A DNA stretch of 23,769 nucleotides from positions 1 to 23,769 of the forward strand of contig JBDREN010000124.1 of assembly GCA_043819795.1 (NCBI GenBank), given 5' to 3'. Source of the stretch: Elusimicrobiota bacterium. GTDB taxonomy: Bacteria > Elusimicrobiota > Elusimicrobia > UBA1565. The position numbers and the translations under genes are program-made. Position 1 is the first letter of the stretch; every line of letters begins with the position of its first letter. A model generated the notes under the pieces. It saw only the letters and a program-made list of their open reading frames with translations, was not told the origin of the DNA and searched no databases. Shown here one piece after another: positions 1-9,400 of this stretch.

Positions 1-182
1 GACATCGCCCCCCGACGTGGGCAGACCCCCGTGGGGGGGCCGCCGACACCGACATCGCCCCCCGACGTGGGCAGCCCCCCGTGGGGGGGCCGCCGGCATT
101 GCCCCCCGACGTAGGCAGCCCCCCGCGGGGGGGCCGCCGGCATTGCCCCCCGACGTAGGCAGCCCCCCGCGGGGGGGCCGCC
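1..182 (+). repeat. Tandem array of four ~44-bp REP-like units (GTRG + GC-rich imperfect palindrome)
   Basis: Units at 1-44 (plus 6-bp insert gacacc), 51-94, 95-138 and 139-182. Each has GTGG/GTAG running into ggcagcccccc-gYg-ggggggccgcc (11-bp stem, 1 mismatch; 2 in unit 1). No unique spacers. The array may continue left of the window. Confidence 0.85.
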
Positions 183-201
183 GGCAAGTGCCGCCGGCAA
201 G

Positions 202-231
202 TTGTCGGCGCTCGGCCGAATGAGGTACACT
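202..231 (+). promoter_or_regulatory. Putative sigma70 promoter of mscS
   Basis: TTGTCG(202-207)-18 bp-TACACT(226-231); ATG follows 7 nt later. Confidence 0.4.
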
Positions 232-238
232 GGCCGGT

Positions 239-1375
239 ATGGGAACCATACGATTGATAGAGGATACGGCCCTATCCTATTTCCGGATATCTTTTTTCGG
301 GATCTTCCTGTACCAGTACCTGATGGCCCTGCTGTTCATTTTCGCCGGGTTCCTCCTGCGGCGGATGTCGGACAGGGTCCTCGACCGCCTGCGAAAGGCG
401 GCCCGCAAGACCGCGTTCCGGTACGACGACATCCTGATCGACGTGCTCCGCAAGCCCCTGCCCCTGGCGTTCGTCGTCATCGGCCTCTATCTGGCCGTGC
501 ACAGCCTCCCGGTCCCGACGGAGCCGGTCAATATCCGGCATTTCCTGCACGCGGCCTTCCGTTCGCTCAGCGTCCTATTCGTCGTTTGGGTGGCGGTCCG
601 GCTGATCGACGGGATCTGCGCCGAGTGGACGGAGCTCGCCAAGAAGACGCCCTCCGGCCTCGACGACCAGCTCGTCCCCATCATCCGCAAGTCGGGCAAG
701 GTATTCCTGATCCTGATCGGCGGCATCCTGGTCCTGCAGAACATGGGCTACTCGGTCGGGGGGCTGCTGGCCGGCTTCGGGCTCGGCGGCGCGGCCGTGG
801 CCCTGGCGGCCAAGGATAGCCTCAGCAACCTCTTCGGCTCGATCGTCGTCTTCATCGACCGGCCGTTCAGCGTCGGGGACTGGATCGAGATGGACGGATG
901 CGAGGGCACGGTCGAGGAGATCGGCCTGCGCACGACCCGCGTGCGCACCTTCGCCAACAGCCTGATGACGGTCCCGAACTCCAAGTTCACGACCTCCGTC
1001 ATCAATAACTGGCAGCGGATGAAGAAGCGCCGGATCAAGTTCACGATCGGCCTGACCTACGGCACGACGGCCGAGCAGATGGAGAAGATCATCGAGCGGA
1101 TCCGGCGGCTCATCCGCGATGACGAGAACATCCGCGACGACTTCTTCCTCGTCAACTTCGACGCGTTCGGGCCGTCGTCGTTCGACGTGTTCATCTACTG
1201 CTTCACGAAGAGCACGCGGTGGGCGGACTTCCTGGAGGCCAAGCAGAAGTTCATGCTGAACATCGTGCGCGAGGTCCACGAGATGGGGCTCGACTTCGCC
1301 TTCCCCACGCGGACGCTCCACGTGGCCGGGCCCGTCGCCGTGGAAGGCGGGGAGGCCGCCGAGCGTCCTCGATAA
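239..1375 (+). CDS. mscS: Small-conductance mechanosensitive channel (MscS family)
   Basis: Multiple TM helices; GLGGAAVALAAKDSLSNLFGS TM3 motif; DRPFSVGDWI...GTVEEIGLRTTRVRT...VPNS beta domain; C-terminal FAFPTRTL. Confidence 0.93.
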   Translation: MGTIRLIEDTALSYFRISFFGIFLYQYLMALLFIFAGFLLRRMSDRVLDRLRKAARKTAFRYDDILIDVLRKPLPLAFVVIGLYLAVHSLPVPTEPVNIRHFLHAAFRSLSVLFVVWVAVRLIDGICAEWTELAKKTPSGLDDQLVPIIRKSGKVFLILIGGILVLQNMGYSVGGLLAGFGLGGAAVALAAKDSLSNLFGSIVVFIDRPFSVGDWIEMDGCEGTVEEIGLRTTRVRTFANSLMTVPNSKFTTSVINNWQRMKKRRIKFTIGLTYGTTAEQMEKIIERIRRLIRDDENIRDDFFLVNFDAFGPSSFDVFIYCFTKSTRWADFLEAKQKFMLNIVREVHEMGLDFAFPTRTLHVAGPVAVEGGEAAERPR

Positions 1376-1446
1376 AGGCGGCTTCGCGCGCGTCGTCCCG
1401 GGCGGGCCCGAGCCGCGGCATCCCCGCGCCGGGATGGAGCCTCGAC

Positions 1447-2748
1447 ATGCGACACTCCCATGTGATTTCCGGCCTGATCGCGTTCCTCGCGATCGCGTCT
1501 CCCGGGTGCGGGCGGCAAGAGGCGCCCCCGAGGATCAAGACGCCTGTCGAGATCACGCGAGGTTCGTTCGGGACCTATATGGGAGGGGGCCTGGGGCTTA
1601 ACACGCCGCTGGAGCTGTGGCACAGAGAGATCGAGCACGCGAAAAGGATAGGGATCGGCATAGCGCGGTTCAACGCGGACTGCTGGAACATCATCGAGCC
1701 CAGGAAAGGGGAATACCGGTGGGAGCCGCTGGATAAGATTATCGATCTATTGCATAAGAGCGGCATCGAGATCCTCTTCACTTTCCCCATCTCCTCCTCA
1801 TGGAACGCCGACGCCCGCGTCGAAAAGATAAGAGGCCGGAGGGTCCCGGTGAGCCATTTCCCGGCAAAAGATGTCCGGGACATCGAAGAGCTGTCCTTCA
1901 GGGTGGCCTCCAGGTATCGGGACAAGATCACCTACTATGAGGCGTGGAACGAGCCGGACTACCCTTTCTTCTGGAGGGGCGATCCATCGCCTTCGGAGTA
2001 TCTCGAAGTCCTGAAGAGGATGCATCGGGGCGCGAAGAGAGGCGACCCCCATTCCAAGATCGTGGTGGGCGGGCTGGCCAAGCCCTTGAAGGTGAGGTAT
2101 TTCAGGAAGTTGTTGGAGCTGGGAGCGGCCGACTTCTTCGACATCATGAATATCCACGTCTATGTGAGGGACCTGAAAAAAGTCCGGCGATCGGCGACCG
2201 GGATCATGCGCCTGCTGGAGCGGTCCGGCGCCAAGAAGCCCTTGTGGGTCACCGAGATCTCCACCACGGGGGGTTATTACCCCACCCGCGACCATGACTG
2301 GGAGGAGAAATACAAGGCCGCTTTTCTGGTCCAGAGCTACGCCATACTCTTCACCGAAGGCGTGGAGAGGATCTTCTGGCATAACCTAAGAAAATGCGGA
2401 CGCGAATTAGGATATCCGAAAGACCTGGACTTCGGACTGTTGGACGCGGATTTCGGGATCCAGCCGGCCTACCAGGCTCATGGGGAATTGGCGTCCAGGC
2501 TGATGGGCAGCTATGAGGCGGAAAGCGTGTTCGCGGGAGAAGGATTGCGGGCCTATAAGTTCAAGAAGAAAGCCTCGGCGGTGTATATAGCGTGGTCCGA
2601 GAAGGGGGAAAGACCGCTGGAGCTGCCGGTCCCATCCGAAAGAGCGGTCTGCGGGGACGTCCTCGGCAACGCGATAGCCCCCGATGGCGGGGACACGATT
2701 CGATGCCGGGTGGGTCGCTCCCCCGTATACGTCGAGGAGAGTCGCTGA
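1447..2748 (+). CDS. Exported clan GH-A glycoside hydrolase (GH39/GH5-like), possible lipoprotein
   Basis: ATG 1447 with GGAG at 1436-1439; hydrophobic signal ending IASPGC; acid/base motif YEAWNEPD; nucleophile motif KPLWVTE; NIHVY. Confidence 0.8.
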   Translation: MRHSHVISGLIAFLAIASPGCGRQEAPPRIKTPVEITRGSFGTYMGGGLGLNTPLELWHREIEHAKRIGIGIARFNADCWNIIEPRKGEYRWEPLDKIIDLLHKSGIEILFTFPISSSWNADARVEKIRGRRVPVSHFPAKDVRDIEELSFRVASRYRDKITYYEAWNEPDYPFFWRGDPSPSEYLEVLKRMHRGAKRGDPHSKIVVGGLAKPLKVRYFRKLLELGAADFFDIMNIHVYVRDLKKVRRSATGIMRLLERSGAKKPLWVTEISTTGGYYPTRDHDWEEKYKAAFLVQSYAILFTEGVERIFWHNLRKCGRELGYPKDLDFGLLDADFGIQPAYQAHGELASRLMGSYEAESVFAGEGLRAYKFKKKASAVYIAWSEKGERPLELPVPSERAVCGDVLGNAIAPDGGDTIRCRVGRSPVYVEESR

Positions 2749-2773
2749 CGGGAGGGCCGGACGTTTGACGAGC

Positions 2774-2805
2774 AGAAAAGACCCCGGAGGACCGGGGTCT
2801 TTTCT
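2774..2805. terminator. Bidirectional intrinsic terminator
   Basis: Perfect 14-bp inverted repeat AGAAAAGACCCCGG-AGGA-CCGGGGTCTTTTCT between convergent genes. Confidence 0.88.
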
Positions 2806-2827
2806 CCGGACGGGATGAAGGAGCGGA

Positions 2828-3739
2828 TCAGTCGCAGCCGTTCTCCTCCAGACGCTTCTCGATCCCCCGGCACATGGCGCCGATCGAGCTCATCTTGCCC
2901 TTCACATTCGCGCAGTCCCAGTCTTTGTATTCGCTGCGCAGCCCCGAGCAGCGCTTCTCGTGCTCCCGCCGGGCCTCATCCTTAGCCTCCTGGAGCTCCT
3001 GGATCTTGGCCTGCTCCCGCTCCCATTTCCTCTGGCGCTCCTCGCTCGCGGCCTGCATCCTGAGGGTCTTGGCGTTCTCCTCGACCAAGGCGTCCATGCG
3101 GCCGGTCATCTGCCCGAAGCACTCCTCGTTCCCGATGCAATCCTGGTCCTGCTGCTGGATCCAGAGCCCCTGGGCCCGCGTCTGAAGCGGATCGGGCTCG
3201 CCTTCCTCGTCCTCGCCGCGGAACTTGCGCCGCCCCATGTGCGTGATGAGCGCCCCCTCGAAGGCTTCGTCCACCTCCCCCTTGAGCCCCTCGGGGGGGC
3301 CGTTCTCCACGAAGGCCTCGTAGCGGTCGATGAGGCTCTCGTCGAGCCGCCGATGCTTGAGGTTGGAGATGAGGCGCTTGCCCTCGTCCTCGAGCTCCTC
3401 CGCCTGCTCCTCGCGGTGCCTCTCGCGGCCGGCGCAGATCGCCTCGAAAGCCGCCCGGATGTGCTTCCTTTGGCACATGCTGGACGCGCTGCCTCCGGCG
3501 ATGTAGATGACGGACAGGCACGTCCCGCCGCGTCCGACCTCGATGTTGGCCTCGGCCAAGGAGGCCTTGTCCACGGGAGTGAGGTTGAAGCCCGCGAAAG
3601 GGCTCTCGATGGGGATCTCTCCCTCCGGGGGAGGGCAGGGGCTCTTGCCGGCGTCGGCCGCCCGCAACGAGGGCGGCAGGAGCAAAGATAAAGCGAGGGC
3701 CGCGGCGAACGCCGCTGGGGTCCAGGATCGGCGGGTCAT
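2828..3739 (-). CDS. Secreted hypothetical protein, Cys-containing, with charged coiled-coil C-terminal half (303 aa)
   Basis: ATG 3739 preceded by CAGGAGGA; signal peptide MTRRSWTPAAFAAALALSLLLPPSLRA; own sigma70-like promoter; ends at the terminator. Confidence 0.75.
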   Translation of the reverse strand: MTRRSWTPAAFAAALALSLLLPPSLRAADAGKSPCPPPEGEIPIESPFAGFNLTPVDKASLAEANIEVGRGGTCLSVIYIAGGSASSMCQRKHIRAAFEAICAGRERHREEQAEELEDEGKRLISNLKHRRLDESLIDRYEAFVENGPPEGLKGEVDEAFEGALITHMGRRKFRGEDEEGEPDPLQTRAQGLWIQQQDQDCIGNEECFGQMTGRMDALVEENAKTLRMQAASEERQRKWEREQAKIQELQEAKDEARREHEKRCSGLRSEYKDWDCANVKGKMSSIGAMCRGIEKRLEENGCD

Positions 3740-3791
3740 AGGGGTCCTCCTGATCCGATGGGTCGAAAGAGTATTTTCCGCTTCCCATCGA

Positions 3792-3820
3792 AGTGTAACA
3801 GGGGGCTCTTGACTTGTCAA
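3792..3820 (-). promoter_or_regulatory. Near-consensus sigma70 promoter
   Basis: Minus strand TTGACA(3820-3815)-17 bp-TACACT(3797-3792), with TG extended -10. Confidence 0.75.
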
Positions 3821-3881
3821 GGAGCCCGCGGCTTCGCCCGGCCGACGGGGGGCGGCATCCGCCATCGGAGCGGGATTGCCC

Positions 3882-3910
3882 TTGACTGGCCGGCCGGGGG
3901 GCTTTACCCT
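3882..3910 (+). promoter_or_regulatory. Putative sigma70 promoter (likely leaderless transcript)
   Basis: TTGACT(3882-3887)-17 bp-TACCCT(3905-3910); ATG 3917 six nt later; no SD. Confidence 0.55.
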
Positions 3911-3916
3911 TATCGT

Positions 3917-5434
3917 ATGCGCGCGATCGGGTGGGCGCTGGGGGTCCTTCTGGCCGCCGGACAGGCCGCGGCTTCCGACCTGCCGAGCAAGCAGAAGGCC
4001 GTTTCGCTGGACGGTCCGTCATACGATGGGACGTCCGGCGCCGGCCTGAGCCGGGAGGACGGCGGCGGCTTGGAGGCGGAGTATCGCCGGGCCAAGGAGG
4101 ACATCCGCGCGGCCCTCGATGAGATCCAGCGCTGCGAGGACCGCGTCAGCCGGGCGTCGAGCGTGTACGAGCGTCTCAACGCCCGGCGCGAGCTGGAGCG
4201 GGCTCAGGGGTCGCTGAGCGAAGCCGAGGCCGCTCTCTCGTCCGCGCGGGCGCGCATGCGGCCCGGAGACGCCGTTTGGGAGGAGGAGACCAGGGTGGAG
4301 TCCGGAGGCGAGCGGAAGTCGCGGGATAGCTACCGGTTCCGGGTCCCGAGCGTCGGCCCGGGTGCAGAGGTCGACCCGCGCGTTCATCAGCGCAGCTGGG
4401 TCGGAGAGGGCGGATCTCCGGGCCGGCCACGGCCGCCGGCGGCTCCGGAGGTCCCGGCGCGGGCGACGCCGCAGGAGGCGGGGGGCGGCTCGGGGGAGAT
4501 CATCTACAACAGGCCCGCCGGCTACGCGAACCCGCGCTCGTCCGGGGCGAGGTCCTCCGCCCCGCCTCGAGACCCTCCGCTCCGGGCTCCCGCGACCGCG
4601 CCGTTCACGCTTCCGAGCGCGCCTCCCGTCGGCGGCAGGGGAGGCCCCATGCCCCCGGAGAGCGGCCTCTTGCCGCCGCCCGCGCGCGAGCCGGAGATCC
4701 CCTATCCGGCGTACTTCGTCAAGGAGCCGGGGCCCTCCGACTTCCCGATGATCTTCAAGGCCGGCCGGGACAGGAGGGGACCGGCCTTGGCCTTGATCCG
4801 CTCCGTCAACCGCGGGCTGCGCTCGGGGGACCTCGAGGCCGCTCTGCGCGACGCCGACCGTCTGGCGGCCGTGGAGCCCGCGGATCCGGGCGTCCACCAT
4901 CTGCGGGCCGCGGTGCTCAGCCGGATGGGCCGTTACGCCGAGGCGGAGGCCGCGGCGCGCGCGGCCGTGAGTCTCGACCGCGAGAGGCCCGCCGCCTACC
5001 GGACCCTTGCCTGGGCCCAGTTGCGCCAAGGGAAGCTTCGGGAAGCGGCCGAGAGCGTCGCCCGCGCCCTCGAGCTGGATCCCCACGATACGGCCGCGCA
5101 GGCCATCCGGGCCCACGCACGCGAGGAGCTTGGAGACGCGGGGCCCGAGCTCCGGGACATTCGGCGCGCCGCCGCGGTACCGTCCGTGCGGTCCTCTAGG
5201 CGGGCGTCTTCAACTCCCGGGGCGCGCCGCCCGTTCCGGCCGCCCGCGCCTTCCGGCGGACCCGGGTTCGACGACGCCTCCAAGCGGGCGGACCGCGGCC
5301 GGAGCGCCGTGCTCGCCGCCGCCCTTCTTGGCGCGGCGGCGGGGGCGGCGGTCGTCATCGCGGCGCTTCTTCGCCGGTCCTCCCGAAAGGGCCGGCGGGG
5401 GTCGGCCGGTCCCCGGACCCTCCCCGGGGGCTGA
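3917..5434 (+). CDS. Exported TPR protein with coiled coil, Pro-rich linker and C-terminal TM anchor
   Basis: Signal peptide MRAIGWALGVLLAAGQAAA; TPR-like repeats (RAAVLSRMGRYAEAEAAARAAVSLD; LAWAQLRQGKLREAAESVARALELDP); hydrophobic C-terminal helix followed by RRSSRKGRR. Confidence 0.75.
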   Translation: MRAIGWALGVLLAAGQAAASDLPSKQKAVSLDGPSYDGTSGAGLSREDGGGLEAEYRRAKEDIRAALDEIQRCEDRVSRASSVYERLNARRELERAQGSLSEAEAALSSARARMRPGDAVWEEETRVESGGERKSRDSYRFRVPSVGPGAEVDPRVHQRSWVGEGGSPGRPRPPAAPEVPARATPQEAGGGSGEIIYNRPAGYANPRSSGARSSAPPRDPPLRAPATAPFTLPSAPPVGGRGGPMPPESGLLPPPAREPEIPYPAYFVKEPGPSDFPMIFKAGRDRRGPALALIRSVNRGLRSGDLEAALRDADRLAAVEPADPGVHHLRAAVLSRMGRYAEAEAAARAAVSLDRERPAAYRTLAWAQLRQGKLREAAESVARALELDPHDTAAQAIRAHAREELGDAGPELRDIRRAAAVPSVRSSRRASSTPGARRPFRPPAPSGGPGFDDASKRADRGRSAVLAAALLGAAAGAAVVIAALLRRSSRKGRRGSAGPRTLPGG

Positions 5435-5469
5435 CAGACGGACTCCCCAAACTGCTATGCTTTCAATCC

Positions 5470-6387
5470 ATGGAGACCCATAGCAAGACCTTTTCGGGGC
5501 CCACCCTGGAGGAGGCGCCGCTGGGGAGCCGTCCGACCGCATTGATCCTGACCGGCGGGGCGGCTATGGGCAGCTGGCAGGGCGGCTTCCTTTACTCTCT
5601 CGAGAAGACGCACGGCGTTCCGTTCCATTCGGTGGTCGGCATCAGCGCCGGAAGCATCAACGGGGCCGCCTATCTGCAGGACGACACCGAGGTCCTGAAG
5701 ACGGTCTGGTGCGACATCCCCCGGGGCGTCTTCATGCGCCTCTCGCCCCGGCTTCGGCCCCCGAGCCTGCTCTCGCTTTCCGTCGTGGGCGATTTCCTGA
5801 AGACGCTCATAGACGAGGAGCGCTGCCGGCGGCGCCGGCGGTGCTGGTTCTACGTGGTGTCCGTCGATATCCGCAACGGAGGGACCATCCAGGCGGAGTA
5901 CTCGCCGGACCCGAAGGGCCCCTGGGACGCGCCCATGCTGGACTATGTCCAGGGCTCGATCGCGGTCCCGTTCCTTTTCCCGCCGAAGGAGATGCCGCCG
6001 TCGAACGGATTCCCCCCCCGGTCCCTGGTGGACGGCCATGTGACATCCTTCACCTTCCTCAAGCCGCTCGTAGAGCGGGGAGTCCGCGATTTCCTCTTCG
6101 TGAGCGTATTGGACCTGCGAAGGCCCCGCCGCCCGCCTTTCACTCTGGTCCGCTACATGTCGGCGCTCGTCGAGCAGATGATGCGGGCCCAGGTGGACAA
6201 CTCGCTGGCGCTCTTCCGGGACCTCGCCCAGGCGCGGGACCTGCGCGCCTTCGAGTTCGCGCCCTCCGAGCCGCTCGACATCGGCGTGTTCACCTTCAAT
6301 AGGAAGGAATGCCGCCGGAGCTTCTACCAGGGCCTGAGCGACGCGGACGCGTGCTTGACGGACCCCGGGCGCCATCGCATCCTCTGA
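5470..6387 (+). CDS. Patatin-like phospholipase family protein
   Basis: Gly-rich LTGGAAMG, nucleophile elbow GISAG (GxSxG), SIAVPFLFPP, catalytic Asp in LVDGH. Confidence 0.88.
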   Translation: METHSKTFSGPTLEEAPLGSRPTALILTGGAAMGSWQGGFLYSLEKTHGVPFHSVVGISAGSINGAAYLQDDTEVLKTVWCDIPRGVFMRLSPRLRPPSLLSLSVVGDFLKTLIDEERCRRRRRCWFYVVSVDIRNGGTIQAEYSPDPKGPWDAPMLDYVQGSIAVPFLFPPKEMPPSNGFPPRSLVDGHVTSFTFLKPLVERGVRDFLFVSVLDLRRPRRPPFTLVRYMSALVEQMMRAQVDNSLALFRDLAQARDLRAFEFAPSEPLDIGVFTFNRKECRRSFYQGLSDADACLTDPGRHRIL

Positions 6388-6412
6388 CGCCGAAGGACAT
6401 GACGCGAAAGAA

Positions 6413-9400
6413 ATGAGCCGGGCCCTCCCGCGATCGCCGCTTCTCTATCTGATCTTCTTTTTCTCCGGGTGCGCCTCTTTGATCAGCGAGGTGGCCTTCA
6501 ACCGGATGCTGGTGCTCGTCGTGGGCAACACGGTGTCCTCGACCGGCATGATCGTCATGGCCTTCATGGGGGGCCTGGGCCTGGGAAGCTACCTGGGCGG
6601 GCGGGCCTTCGGCGGGAAGAGGACGTCGCTCTGGGCCTACGCCGTCCTCGAGGCCTGCATCGGCGTCTACGCCCTGGGTTCGCCCTTTCTCTTCAAGCTG
6701 ATGAACGGGGTCTTCGCGGCGCTGGCCCCCGCCCTCGGAGGCTCCGCGGTCGTCTCTTTCGTCCGCTTCGCCTTGGTCTTCGGCTTCTTGTTCGTTCCGG
6801 CGATCCTGATGGGGGCCACCTTCCCGGCGATCGTGGCCGGCGCGGCTTCGGGAACGGCCGAAAGGCGGGCCTCCCGGACGGGCTATCTCTACGGAGTCAA
6901 CACGCTGGGGGCGGCGGCCGGGTGTCTCGGGGCGGGCTATCTTCTGCTGCCGGCCTTGGGTATCCGCGTGGCCCTGATGTGGGCCTGCTGCCTGAACCTC
7001 TTCGCGGCGGGTGGGGCTGCCTGCCTGACCCGGGCGCCTTCCGAGGCCCGGCCCGCTCCGCCGGCGGCGCCCTCCGCGCGGCCGTCGTTCGGATCGGCCG
7101 CGTCTCCGGATCCCGGCGGGCCGTTCCTCGGCCTGGTGGGCGTCGCGACCTTCGCGGTCGGTTTCGTTTCCTTGGCTTACCAGGTGCTGCTGACCCGGCT
7201 CGCGATCCTGTTCTTCGGCAACGGCCTGGTGGTCTTCTCCCTGGTCCTGACGGCGTTCCTGCTCGGGACCGGGACGAGCGCGCTCGCGTGGACGTGGATA
7301 CAGAGGTTCGGCCGCCATCTCAAGCATGTCTTCTCCGCGACGCTGGCGCTGGCGGGGGCCGCCGTCGTGCTGCCGCCGCCGTTCATGCTGGCCTTGGCCC
7401 GGAGCGAGCTCTCCTGGGTGATGGCGGGCCAGGATATTCTCGTGGCCGCCGCCATCCTGCTGCCCACCTTCCTGATGGGCGGCCTGCTGCCCCTGGCCAT
7501 ACGGCTGTTCCAGACCGAGCGGCGGCCCGACACGGCGGCCAACGCCGGCCGGCTCTACGCCTTGAACACGATCGGGGGGATGCTGGGCGGCGGGCTCGCG
7601 AACTGGTGCCTGGTCCCCGCGCTCGGGACCCAAGGGACCTTGTCGGCCTTCGCGCTGGTCCTCGTGGCGCTCGGCGTCATCGCGGGTTGGCGGCTCCAAA
7701 GGCCCCTGATGCGGCGGGCCTCGACGCTCGCGGCCGCGCTGTTCTTCGGCTTCTATTTCGCGAAGTTCCCCCGCGGGATGGAGCGCCTCTACGTCGACAG
7801 GCTGACGGCGGGCGTGGGGGGGCTCGTGCGCCTGCACCGCGAGGGGAGAGCGGCGACGGTCACGGTACTGGACTTCATGAAGGTCCGCGACCTGTTCCTC
7901 AACGGGATCGAGGAGGCGTCCACGCGGTTCTTCCACGTCCAGGGGTTCAAGGTCCTCGGGTTGCTGCCGGCGATGATCCACGCCGACGAGTCGCCGAAGG
8001 AGGCCTTGATGATCTCCTTCGGGGCCGGGATCTCCGCGGGCGCCACGGTGCTTTCGGGGCTGGTCTCCTCGCTCGAGGTCGTGGACATCAACCCGGATGT
8101 CGAGGGAGTCAGCGATCTCTTCAAGGAGGTCAACGGCGACGCCTATCGGCGCCCCGAGCTCCGGTTCATCGCGCAGGACGGAAGGAACTTCCTCTTGGCC
8201 GGCCGCAAGAAGTACCCGCTCATCATCGCCGACGCCACGCACCCGCTGGCCTACGACAGCTGGATCCTCTATACCCGGGAGTTCTACGAGCTCGTCAAGG
8301 AGCGCCTGAGCGATGACGGCGTGTTCGCCCAGTGGCTTCCTTTGGACCTCCCCGAGGAGATGTGCCGGATCCTGCTCGGGACCTTCTCGGCGGCGTTCCC
8401 CAGCGCGACGTTCTGGAACATCTACGGCTCGGGGCAGTCCTTTCTGCTGGCCACGCCCGGCCCGCTCGAGCTCGACCTGAAGCGCCTCCAGCGGCTCTTG
8501 GACGGGGTGCCTCCCTCCCTGCGGCTGCCGGAGTACGAGCTCGACGACGCCGCCTCGTTCGCCGGCTTCTTCCTGATGGACGCCGAGGCGATCGCGGAGT
8601 TCGTCGGAGACGAGAGGCGGGTCAACACCGACGATCTGCCGTACAACCAGCTGCTCTCCGCCAGGAGGATCAAGGAGTTCCATTTCGGGTTCGACCAGTA
8701 TCAGTCCAGCGTCCTGCCGCTGTTGAAGAACGCCTCGGACCGGGACAGGCGCAGGATCGCCGACCTGCAGGTCGTGGCCCGGGCCATGCGGAGGTACTTC
8801 TCCTACCGCGACCCCGCGGCGCTCGCCGAGGCCTTCGCGATCAGCCCGGCGGACGGGAACGTGGCCTACGGCTGCCGGGAGGAGTCCTCGACGCCGATCG
8901 GGCCCAAGGACCTGGATGATCTGGGGAAGCGGGCGGCGGAGTTCGGGCGCCAGGCCAAGGGCTCGGCCGGCCATGAGGAGAAGGGCCTCGCCCTGGCCCG
9001 CCGCTATCTCGAGCTCGATTTCGTGGATGAGGCTGAGTCCGCGCTCAAGGAGGTTTTGAGCTCCTCCCCCGGCTCCGCCGGCGCGCATCGGGCCGCCGGG
9101 GACGTCGCGCTCAGAAGAAGAGAGATGGACTACGAGCAGAGGATGGAGGTGCTCCTGGACCTTGCCCACAAGCGTCCCAACTACGCCTATTACACGAACC
9201 AGGCCCGGGTCCGCTACCTCGAGGGGGACTACGACGAGGCGGAGAGGCTCCTCGCCAAGTCCCTGGAGCTCTATCCGACGAGCACGTCGGCCCGGCTCAA
9301 CCTCGCGGACCTGCTCATGCGGGCCGGCCGCCGCGACGCGGCGGTCTCGCGCCTGAAGGAGGTCTTGGAGATCAATCCCTACAACCGGTTCGCCCTCGCC

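Noticed and set aside
1..182. CRISPR array
   Set aside because: Units are contiguous with no unique spacers, and no cas genes are in the window.
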